NCBI GenBank assembly: GCA_044236185.1
Contig: JBIIGZ010000001.1
Coordinates: 1-49,137 of the forward strand
DNA: 49,137 bases
Direction: 5' to 3'
From: Roseomonas sp.
Lineage (GTDB): Bacteria > Pseudomonadota > Alphaproteobacteria > Acetobacterales > Acetobacteraceae
In this document: one piece after another, positions 16,094 through 24,529 of the stretch
Layout of the letters: each line of letters begins with the position of its first letter
How positions within the stretch are numbered: the stretch's first letter is position 1
Program-made: the position numbers and the translations under genes
Notes under the pieces: model-generated
Database searches by the model: none
What the model was told of the DNA's origin: nothing
Seen by the model: the letters and a program-made list of their open reading frames with translations, nothing else

Positions 16094-18364
16094 TCATAAG
16101 GCCCTCAATCCAACTTCGCCAACGGTTTTGAAACCGAAGCGGAACAGCAACATGGTTGAACCAGGGTAGAGGTCACCGGTGGATAGATTTTCAGCATTGC
16201 GCCTGATGAACCGTGTTTCAAAGATGAAGCACTCATCTTCATACAGAGCTGAAAAGCCGACTGCCACTGGACGATCCAATTGTATGTCTTGCCGGCCAAA
16301 CGCACTTAAGCGCCACAAGCCCATACGCTGGGAAGCGCCGAGATAGATTTCCTCTCGCTCTCCAAAAGGCGTTAGATAGGGCACAGGCGGTGCTTGTAGA
16401 TAGCCAAGAGTGAAGGCGGTATCATTACCTGCCTGCACAGTGGCGCTGATATCATAGGCCCGAGCAGCGAAGCTTTCCCCGCCGCGCCGTGCCCGGCCTG
16501 TCAGGTCAAGCCAGGAACTCGGCCGAAAAGTAAAACGACTAACCCAATCCGACGCACGATTTTCAAGCCCGCTATAGGGGTAGAAGGGGCCACCATCATC
16601 CTGAACGCGAAACGAACGACCCACAATCGCTTCCACCTGACGCGAACCAGGCAGGAACCAGGCGCCGCGCAGTGCCATGTCGGCGCGTGTGCCACCTTCC
16701 TGCCGATCGCGCCCGGTGAAGCGATTGAGCGAAAACAGATTGGCGTCAGTGAAGTCGAAGACGATGCTGTCTTCATTCGGAATGCGATACTGGCTGCCGG
16801 TCATCGGGCCGGTCACCAATTGGATGCGCGGTTCAATCACTTGCCGGCCCCAATCACCACCATCGCGCAGGAAGGGCATCCGCCAATCAAGCGCGGTGCG
16901 GATATTGGCCGCAGCGCTTTGCCCATTTGGGCTGCCGGTCGCGAAATTAGGCGCCAGATTGATATCCTCAAAATCATAGGCCGCCAGATCGCTTTGCGCA
17001 CGCAGCGTCCAGATACCGCCCAGCTCATCCATCCGCGGCAAAGCGTAACCGATGCGTGATGCCATCCGGCGCGTGCTGGTGCCCGAGCCGCGGAATATGG
17101 CGAAATTCCAGGTATCTACCGTGAAACGCCCACCTAGGGAATCTTCAGGAGATTCCCAATCGGCATAGATATTGGGCAGTACCAGTGGAATACGATCCAG
17201 GTCATCGGTCCGGCGCAGCCCCTGATAGGCGCGCGCATCGATACGCGCGAAAGCTTCTGGACCCCAAAAACCTTCAGTGAAAACTGTTGTCGGCAGGACG
17301 CGCTGCGACCCGTAGCGATAAATGCGGAGATAAAGGTCAGATGAGGCGCGGTTGGCATCAAAGCCAGCGCGCCAGTTTTCATCGAGTGAGAAGCGGCCCT
17401 TGGCGAAGATATGACCGGCGAAGCCTTCTTCCGTGCCATCGCGGCCATCAAGATGGCCGACAGAACTCAAGACCTCCATCTCGCCATTGTTAAATCTGCG
17501 GCGGTAATCCACACCCAGATTGGGTGCGACGCGGGTTGAGGTGGTGGGCCGAAGAACAAGTTCCTGGCTTTCATCAATAGCCCAGTAATAGGGTGTTTCA
17601 ATGAATCCGCCGAGATATTTGGTTACACCGAAGCTGGGGCTGAGAAAGCCTGATTGCCGGGCGGCAGAACCATCCGGGTGCTGGAAATAGGGCAGCCACA
17701 TTACTGGGATGCCGGCCATATCCAGCGAAGCGCCACGATAGCGCACCTGTTGTTCTGAGCGATCCAAGGTTGCTGTGCGCGCGCGCAATTGCCAGATGGG
17801 TGGCGACAGCGGATCATCCTTACAGGGATCACATACGGTATACAGGACACGCGAAAGATCAAAGATGGAGCCGTTGGTTCGACGAGCGCCAGTTGCGGCG
17901 ATACGTCCGTTCTGCGTCAGGTGCCCACGCAGCCCTTCCAGTACGCCATCACGCATCTGGTTGGAAAGTTCGGCGCTTTCGGCGAACATCACCTGACCAT
18001 CGGCTTCAATCAACTGCACATTGCCGCGTGCGGTTGCGACCCCCGTATTGCGGTTATAGGTCAGCTCATCGGCGCGCAGGATACGCCCGCCCTGGAAGGC
18101 TTCGACCCTACCACGTGCCACCACCAGGGCAGCATTTTGATCGTATTCCACTTCGTCAGCCGTGAAGGTGACTGGCGCATTCTGCGCTGGGGTTGCGGGC
18201 ACGGTAGCGGCCGGCGCCGGGGTGGTGCCTGGAAGGATTGGTGTCATTGAGGCTGGTGGGGCGATAGGCAGCAGCAGCGGGGACTGCGCGAAGACCCCTG
18301 ACGAGGCCAACGCCATGACCAAAAAGCAAATATTTCTCCCGGCCCGGCGCTGCATCCTAACCAT
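16094..18364 (-). CDS. lptD: LPS-assembly outer-membrane protein
   Basis: OstA-like N-terminus (ADEVEYD, ARGNV), SGFLSPS, PNEDS, YEDECF; lies between lptG and surA; exact start uncertain. Confidence 0.92.
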   Translation of the reverse strand: MVRMQRRAGRNICFLVMALASSGVFAQSPLLLPIAPPASMTPILPGTTPAPAATVPATPAQNAPVTFTADEVEYDQNAALVVARGRVEAFQGGRILRADELTYNRNTGVATARGNVQLIEADGQVMFAESAELSNQMRDGVLEGLRGHLTQNGRIAATGARRTNGSIFDLSRVLYTVCDPCKDDPLSPPIWQLRARTATLDRSEQQVRYRGASLDMAGIPVMWLPYFQHPDGSAARQSGFLSPSFGVTKYLGGFIETPYYWAIDESQELVLRPTTSTRVAPNLGVDYRRRFNNGEMEVLSSVGHLDGRDGTEEGFAGHIFAKGRFSLDENWRAGFDANRASSDLYLRIYRYGSQRVLPTTVFTEGFWGPEAFARIDARAYQGLRRTDDLDRIPLVLPNIYADWESPEDSLGGRFTVDTWNFAIFRGSGTSTRRMASRIGYALPRMDELGGIWTLRAQSDLAAYDFEDINLAPNFATGSPNGQSAAANIRTALDWRMPFLRDGGDWGRQVIEPRIQLVTGPMTGSQYRIPNEDSIVFDFTDANLFSLNRFTGRDRQEGGTRADMALRGAWFLPGSRQVEAIVGRSFRVQDDGGPFYPYSGLENRASDWVSRFTFRPSSWLDLTGRARRGGESFAARAYDISATVQAGNDTAFTLGYLQAPPVPYLTPFGEREEIYLGASQRMGLWRLSAFGRQDIQLDRPVAVGFSALYEDECFIFETRFIRRNAENLSTGDLYPGSTMLLFRFGFKTVGEVGLRAL

Positions 18365-19481
18365 CCTCAAGATGCAGCAGGAGCGCCGCTGCTAATAGGA
18401 ATCCAGCGCCCGCGGGCGCCCAGGCTGCCAATACCACGGGCAATGTACCGGCTTCACCAAACTCCGCGGTAATCTTGTCCAGCACGAAAAGCGCGAAGCC
18501 AGCGCTGACCCCGCCCGCGATCATGCGCGCCACCCCGCCGCGGCGGGCCGAACGCATGGAAAAACCAGCCGCCAGCAGCGCCATGGCGATGGCAAGCAGC
18601 GGCAACGCCAATAGCGATTGGAAATGCAGCCGATGACGAATGGCGGAAAACCCGGCATTTTCGAGAACCGTGATAAATTCCGGCAAGGCCCAGAGGCTCA
18701 GCGTATCCGGGCTTGCGAAGGAGTTTTCGATACGCTCGGGCGTCAATTCGGTGGGGAAATCCAGACCTTGCGGCGCGCCCGCGACGCGATCCGCACCGAA
18801 GACCATGGCGCCTTCAAAGCGCCAGCGCCCAGGCTGCAGCAAAGCTGATGTCGCCTCGATGCGTGCCAAGGGGCGATCTTCCGCCGAAAGCCGCCAGACG
18901 CTTACCTCAGCGAGCCGCAGCGCCTCCTCGGGGCGCGATTCGCGCGTTACAACCGGTCGCCCGGAAATAATGGCGACGCCCTGGGGTTGCAGCCCGTCAT
19001 CCGCCTGACGCAGCCAAAGCCTGCCGCCGGCAAGCGCCGTAATGCCACCGACATTGCGGAGATAAAGCTGGTCCAGCCTTTCAGCCCGCGCCAACATGGC
19101 CGAAGACAAGGGCGAAAGCGCCATGCTGGCACCAAGGCCGAGCAACAGCGCCACCAGCACCGGGCCAGCCAGAAAGCCCCAGGCGGAAATCCCTGCGGCG
19201 CGCGCTACCACCAATTCGGAAAACCGCGTGAGGCGCCAAAAAGCGATGATTCCACCCAGCAGCACGGCGAAGGGCAGGATCTGCATGGCGACATAGGGCA
19301 CGCGCAGTGCTGCGATTTGCGACACAAGCGCGAAATTAGCCTCCGGCCTTGTTGCGGCGCGGCGGAGCAATTCAATCAGGTCAAACAGGGCAACCAGAGC
19401 GGAAAGCGCCAGCACCATCAGCAAAGCCATGCCGGCAAAGCGCCGCGCGACATAGGTCATGAGCGTGATTGGCAGGGTCAT
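18357..19481 (-). CDS. lptG: LPS export ABC permease
   Basis: SELVVARAAGIS, LWLRQ, LAAWAP, C-terminal LLHLEDG. Confidence 0.92.
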   Translation of the reverse strand: MTLPITLMTYVARRFAGMALLMVLALSALVALFDLIELLRRAATRPEANFALVSQIAALRVPYVAMQILPFAVLLGGIIAFWRLTRFSELVVARAAGISAWGFLAGPVLVALLLGLGASMALSPLSSAMLARAERLDQLYLRNVGGITALAGGRLWLRQADDGLQPQGVAIISGRPVVTRESRPEEALRLAEVSVWRLSAEDRPLARIEATSALLQPGRWRFEGAMVFGADRVAGAPQGLDFPTELTPERIENSFASPDTLSLWALPEFITVLENAGFSAIRHRLHFQSLLALPLLAIAMALLAAGFSMRSARRGGVARMIAGGVSAGFALFVLDKITAEFGEAGTLPVVLAAWAPAGAGFLLAAALLLHLEDG

Positions 19482-20611
19482 GGCAGCGCCTCACGCGGCG
19501 GAGCCCGGCGTGGCAGGCCGCGGGCGCCGCTTAGCCACCAGGCGGAAATCACACCAGGCAGAATGGCGTGCAGCCAGATCAGCCAGATCAGGCCATCGCG
19601 CCGCGCCGCCGCATTGCCGATAGTCAGGCCAATTGCCAGCAGCGCCACCATGATGCCGACACCAATCACAACGCCTGCACCCCCGCCATGCCGGCGGAAT
19701 TGCCCGGTCAGCGCGACCGCCAGCCCAACCAGCGCAAAGGATAGCGCGGTTAGCGGACTTGCCATGCGCTGATGCGCCTCTGCCCTAAAGCGTCTGACAT
19801 CGCGCGGACGCAGTTCTTCCGCCGGATCAGGATAGAGCAATTCAGTGATGGAGCGCTCCCGGCTGTCGCGGCTACGGGTTTCCTCGTTACGGGCAACGCG
19901 CGCCAGATCAACGCTGTTTTCGGAAAAGCTCAGCACCGTCAGGCGCGGCGGCGCGCCAGACGCACCCTTTTCCATCTGCTGGCGCACACCGTCATAAAGC
20001 GTCACGCGCGGCCCATCCGGCCCCTGGCCGATGCGCCCGGATTGCGCCAGGATAGTCACCGCCCCGCCGGCTTCGCGCTGGTCGTGCACTATAATGCCAC
20101 GCAGCGTGCCATCGGCGTCTCGCTTGCGGGCATAGACAGTCAGATCGCTGCCAAGGGTGGAAAAAACCCCTTCCTGTAGCAGCACGCCCACCAATTGATT
20201 GCGGATTTCAAACTGCCATTGCCGAAAGGCCGTATGGCTAAGTGGCACCAGCCAGAAATTCAAAAAGGCCATCACGCCCACCACCAAAAGCCCTAGCGCC
20301 AAGGCAGGGCGCGCGATCTGCCAATTGGAAAGCCCCGCCGCGCGCATCACAACCAATTCGCGGTCTCCCGCCAAGCGCAAATGGACAAACAGCATCACAA
20401 TGAAGGTCGTGATCGGCAGAATGACCGAAAAGAAGGAAGGCAATAACAGGCTGGTCAATTCAAAAAATACCGCAAGCGACAATCCGCGATCCAGCACCAA
20501 TTCAATGAAGCGCAAGGATTGCGTCAGCCAGACAAGCGCCGCCAGCCCCACCGTGACGGCCAGCAGGGCCAGCGCAAGCTGACGGAACAGATATCGATCG
20601 AGCAGGGTCAT
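19478..20611 (-). CDS. lptF: LPS export ABC permease
   Basis: LDRYLFRQL, WLTQSLRFI, DRELVVMRAAGLS; ATGA overlap with lptG. Confidence 0.92.
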   Translation of the reverse strand: MTLLDRYLFRQLALALLAVTVGLAALVWLTQSLRFIELVLDRGLSLAVFFELTSLLLPSFFSVILPITTFIVMLFVHLRLAGDRELVVMRAAGLSNWQIARPALALGLLVVGVMAFLNFWLVPLSHTAFRQWQFEIRNQLVGVLLQEGVFSTLGSDLTVYARKRDADGTLRGIIVHDQREAGGAVTILAQSGRIGQGPDGPRVTLYDGVRQQMEKGASGAPPRLTVLSFSENSVDLARVARNEETRSRDSRERSITELLYPDPAEELRPRDVRRFRAEAHQRMASPLTALSFALVGLAVALTGQFRRHGGGAGVVIGVGIMVALLAIGLTIGNAAARRDGLIWLIWLHAILPGVISAWWLSGARGLPRRAPPREALP

Positions 20612-20662
20612 AAGCCTCCCTACCCTACCCGCTTGGCGCCCATGCCGAAAGCGGCACGGGCT

Positions 20663-22081
20663 TCAGGGCAGCACCTTGCCGGGATTCATAACGCCCTTAG
20701 GGTCCAGCGCGGCCTTGATCTGCCGCATCACAGCCAATTCAGCGCCGCCGCGCCATTCTTCCATCATATCGGTCTTGAGCTGCCCTATGCCGTGTTCCGC
20801 GCTGAAGGACCCGTCCAAATCCCGCACCACTTCATTCACGCAATCCATGATGTCGTGGCTGCGCGCGAGGAAAGCCGCCGGATCAGCGCCTTCGGGCTGG
20901 ACCAGATTCACATGAATATTCCCATCGCCCATATGGCCAAAAGGCATGGGGCGGATGCCCGGAATCAGCTTGCGGCAGGCTTCCGAGGCACGTTCGATCA
21001 ATTCCGGCACGCGTGAGACAGGGACCGAGACATCATTCTTCACCGAAGCCCCGGCCTTACGCTGCGCTTCGGTGTGTTCTTCGCGAATGCGCCAAATGGC
21101 GGCGCGCTGCGCTTCGCTTTCCGCCAGTACGGCATCCAGCACTTCGCCCTGCTCCATCGCTGGTGCCAGCACAAGCTCCGCCAAGCCCCGCAAATCGGCG
21201 TCAGGCCGGGTGGAGGCCAGATCAATCAGCACATAATGGCCAGCGCGTTCCGCGAGTGGCAGGGTGACGCCAGGGATCAGCTGTACTGTCAGATCAACGC
21301 CATCGCCCGACATATACTCAAAGGCACGAATCGCGCCCTCGTCATTGTCACGAAAGCGCCGAAATAGGCCAAGCGCCGCTTCGGCATCGCGCACGGCGGC
21401 AAAAATCACCTCATTGGCGCGGGGGCGGGCGAAAAGCTTCAAGACAGCAGCGGTGATGATGCCAAGCGTGCCCTCGGCGCCCACAAAAACATGGCGGAGC
21501 GCATAGCCGGTATTGTCTTTGCGCAAGCGCCTCAAGCCATGCCAGATGCTACCATCGGGCAGTACCACTTCCAGCCCCAGCATCAATTCCCGCGCATTGC
21601 CGTAGCGCACGGTATTGTTGCCACCGGCATTGGTGGAAAGCACGCCGCCAATCATGGCTGTGCCTTCGCCACCGAAGCTCAGCGGGAAAAGGCAGCCCGC
21701 GGCGGCAGCGGCTTCCTGCGCGGTTTTTACCACGACGCCTGCCTCAGCCGTCATGGTCATATCCACAGGGTCAAGATCGCGGATGCGGTTCAGGCGCGCG
21801 AGCGAGACAATCACGGCGCGTCCGGAAGCATCGGGCGTCGCGCCACCTACCATGGAGGTATTGCCCCCCTGCGGCACAATCGCGATGCCGGCGGCGGCGC
21901 ACAGCCTGACCGCTTCGGCCAATTCGGCGGTATTGGCGGGGCGAAGCAGCGCCATGGCGCGGCCCTGATAGAGGCTTCGCCAATCAGCCAAAGCGGGGGC
22001 AAGATCGGTTGGTTCGGTCAGCAGCCCGGCAGGGCCAAGCAGGCTGGCAAGCGCGGGGGGAAGGGGGGAAGATTCGGCCAT
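20663..22081 (-). CDS. FAD-linked oxidase (D-2-hydroxyglutarate/D-lactate dehydrogenase-like)
   Basis: PQGGNTSMVGG, LRKDNTGY, GAEGTLG, GHMGDGNIH, SAEHGIG. Confidence 0.9.
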   Translation of the reverse strand: MAESSPLPPALASLLGPAGLLTEPTDLAPALADWRSLYQGRAMALLRPANTAELAEAVRLCAAAGIAIVPQGGNTSMVGGATPDASGRAVIVSLARLNRIRDLDPVDMTMTAEAGVVVKTAQEAAAAAGCLFPLSFGGEGTAMIGGVLSTNAGGNNTVRYGNARELMLGLEVVLPDGSIWHGLRRLRKDNTGYALRHVFVGAEGTLGIITAAVLKLFARPRANEVIFAAVRDAEAALGLFRRFRDNDEGAIRAFEYMSGDGVDLTVQLIPGVTLPLAERAGHYVLIDLASTRPDADLRGLAELVLAPAMEQGEVLDAVLAESEAQRAAIWRIREEHTEAQRKAGASVKNDVSVPVSRVPELIERASEACRKLIPGIRPMPFGHMGDGNIHVNLVQPEGADPAAFLARSHDIMDCVNEVVRDLDGSFSAEHGIGQLKTDMMEEWRGGAELAVMRQIKAALDPKGVMNPGKVLP

Positions 22082-22274
22082 GGCTTGTTCAAACCCCCCC
22101 TGCTCTGCGCGGTCAAGTTCTGTTGTTCAGCTTTGAGTTGGAGGGGACGGAAGCGCTGAGCGCGCAAATAGGGAATAGCATGGGCCGAACCGAACTGCTT
22201 GACAGGGCTTTACCGGCTGCCGAGGCTTTTCGAATCCGGTAAAATTCGCCCCATGCCCTTTGGAGTGACTTCAA

Positions 22275-22520
22275 ATGCCCTTGGTCACGATCACCCTGGC
22301 GCGCCGAGCAACGCCGACATCACCGGAAAAGAAAGCCGAAATCATCGCCGGGGTGACCGATCTGCTGGTTGAAACGCTTGGCAAGCGCGCAGAGGATGTT
22401 GTGGTGCTGATCGAAGAACTTGATCCTGATAATTGGGGCCAAGGTGGCGTGACCGCCTCAGAAATACGGCGCCGGCGCATGGCGGCTAGTGCTGAACATC
22501 AAGGAGAGAAAACATCGTGA
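22275..22520 (+). CDS. 4-oxalocrotonate tautomerase-family protein
   Basis: Catalytic Pro-1 (MPLVTI), KKAEIIAGVT, NWGQGG; GTGA overlap with next gene. Confidence 0.85.
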   Translation: MPLVTITLARRATPTSPEKKAEIIAGVTDLLVETLGKRAEDVVVLIEELDPDNWGQGGVTASEIRRRRMAASAEHQGEKTS

Positions 22521-23665
22521 CAGCTGCACTGGATGGGCTGATAGTTCTGGATCTGACGAATTTCCTCTCTGGCCCCTATTGCACCATGCTGCTGGGTGAT
22601 CTGGGCGCTGATGTTATCAAGGTGGAGCGCCCCGATGGCGGCGATGATGCGCGGCGCATGCCGCCCTTTGTGGATGGGCGCAGCCAGCCCTTTGCTGTCT
22701 GGAACCGCAACAAGCGCAGTATCACTGCGGATTTGAAACAGCCCGAGGATGTTGAACTGGTGCGCCAATTGGCGCTTCGCGCTGATGTGCTGGTGGAGAA
22801 TTTCCGCCCCGGTACGCTGGCGCGGCTGGGTTTAGGGTGGGAGGCGCTGAGCGCCGCCAACCCGCGCCTGATCTGGTGTTCGATTTCGGGTTTTGGCCAG
22901 ACCGGCCCTTGGGCGGATCATGGCGGCTTGGATATGATGGCACAGGGCATGTCGGGCCTGATGGCCGGCAATGGCCCGCCGGATGGCGAACCCTATCGCC
23001 TCCCGATCGCCATTACCGATGTCACGGCGGGGATGTTCTCGGCGCTTTCGGTCATGGCGGCCTTGCAGGCGCGGGAGAAGACCGGGCAGGGCCAGCGCAT
23101 TGACCAATCCTTGTTCGAAGCGGGGGTCGCGCTTGGTGTTTATGAAGCCGCGCATGTTTTCGCCCATGGCACGCGGCCTTCACGGCTTGGGCAATTGCAT
23201 CGCGGATCGGCACCCTATCGCGTTTTCCAGACAGCCGATGGCTATATCACGCTTGGCGCTTCCAAGGAGAAATTCTGGCAGGCGCTATGCGGCATTATCG
23301 GGCGGCCGGAATTGGCGAATGACCCACGCTTCAAGACCAATGCGGATCGGGTGGCAAACAACAACGCGCTGATCGCGATTTTGCAGGAAATTCTGGCAAG
23401 GCGCGGCAGTGCCGAATGGCTGGCGGCACTTGGCAAGGCCGGCATCCCTTCAGAAGCCGTGCTGTCTTACGATGAGGCTTTGGCCCATCCGCAGGGCCAG
23501 GCACGTGGCCTGGCGCAGCTGTTCGAAGACCCAGAACGCGGGCCGATCCAACATCTGGCGCCCCCCTTGCGGCTGGAAGCCACGCCGGCGCGCATCATCC
23601 GCCGCGCGCCGGATTTAGGCGAACATAATGCGGAGATTCGGGCATGGCTGACGCAAAAAGCTTGA
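22517..23665 (+). CDS. Family III CoA transferase (CaiB/BaiF)
   Basis: DLGADVIKVE, NRNKRS, ENFRPG, ISGFGQTGP, catalytic Asp in ITDVTAG. Confidence 0.93.
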   Translation: MTAALDGLIVLDLTNFLSGPYCTMLLGDLGADVIKVERPDGGDDARRMPPFVDGRSQPFAVWNRNKRSITADLKQPEDVELVRQLALRADVLVENFRPGTLARLGLGWEALSAANPRLIWCSISGFGQTGPWADHGGLDMMAQGMSGLMAGNGPPDGEPYRLPIAITDVTAGMFSALSVMAALQAREKTGQGQRIDQSLFEAGVALGVYEAAHVFAHGTRPSRLGQLHRGSAPYRVFQTADGYITLGASKEKFWQALCGIIGRPELANDPRFKTNADRVANNNALIAILQEILARRGSAEWLAALGKAGIPSEAVLSYDEALAHPQGQARGLAQLFEDPERGPIQHLAPPLRLEATPARIIRRAPDLGEHNAEIRAWLTQKA

Positions 23666-23815
23666 CGCATTAGGGGCGAAAATTGTCTGATCCAGGAGGG
23701 TTTTTCGTGCCGTGCCTTGCCGAGTAGTTGGCATTCCGACCTCTATCGGGCCCGTCCGGGAAAACCGGAACAAAGCGGCAGGGCACCTGCCGCCATAACA
23801 AAAGGGGCTCGCGTC

Positions 23816-24019
23816 ATGCCGAATGGCACTGTGAAATGGTTCAATGCAACCAAAGGATTTGGCTTCATCCTGCCTGATGGTGGCGGCAAGGATGTGTTTG
23901 TCCATGTCACCGCTGTGCAAAAGGCCGGCATGCAAGGGCTCAAGGAAAACCAAAAGGTCGCCTTTGACGTTGCCGAGGAACGCGGCAAGCCTGCCGCGAT
24001 CAATCTGAAGGCTTTGTAG
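23816..24019 (+). CDS. cspA: Cold-shock protein (CspA family)
   Basis: GTVKWFN, RNP1 KGFGFI, RNP2 VFVH; 67 aa; paralogue identity uncertain. Confidence 0.93.
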   Translation: MPNGTVKWFNATKGFGFILPDGGGKDVFVHVTAVQKAGMQGLKENQKVAFDVAEERGKPAAINLKAL

Positions 24020-24071
24020 CCCCCGCAAGGGGCGGCGCGCGGCGGATACTACTGCGCCCGCCAATGCGGCA

Positions 24072-24485
24072 TCACCCCGCGCGGAAGGTGATGGGCTTGG
24101 CGCCTTCCCACAGCACCGCGCGGCCGGTCTTGGCCAGGCGGTCAAGGCCTTCACGAATGGTCAGGAAGTGGTTACCGGCCAATTGGCCCGCCTTGCTCGC
24201 AAAGCAGGTCGGGCCATAGGCAACCAGAATTTCCGTCTCGCTCATCGTACCCGGGTGCACAATGATCTGCCCCGGCGCGGGGTAGCTGGTGGCGTTTTCC
24301 CAGGGGATGGAAAGCTCGCGTTCGCCCATCGGGATCCAGCAGGCTTCGCCGGACCAACGCACATGAATGATGCGGTCCTGATAGGGCAGCAGGGCGCGGA
24401 AGCGCGCGCAGGTTTTGGGCGCGGCGGCGTCTTCAAAAAACGCCTCGAAAATTTCGCCGCCAATATCAATGATGATGTCAGCCAT
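24072..24485 (-). CDS. DUF3830-family protein (cyclophilin-like fold)
   Basis: APKTC, HVRWSGE, ENATSYPAPG, SETEIL, FASKAGQLAGNHF. Confidence 0.85.
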   Translation of the reverse strand: MADIIIDIGGEIFEAFFEDAAAPKTCARFRALLPYQDRIIHVRWSGEACWIPMGERELSIPWENATSYPAPGQIIVHPGTMSETEILVAYGPTCFASKAGQLAGNHFLTIREGLDRLAKTGRAVLWEGAKPITFRAG

Positions 24486-24529
24486 CTGCGTCCCCCATGT
24501 CGCGCCGGCACCACACCGGCGCGCGGGGG

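Noticed and set aside
24019-24033. CCCC-GCAA-GGGG hairpin after csp as an intrinsic terminator
   Set aside because: The stem is short and there is no U-tract on either strand.
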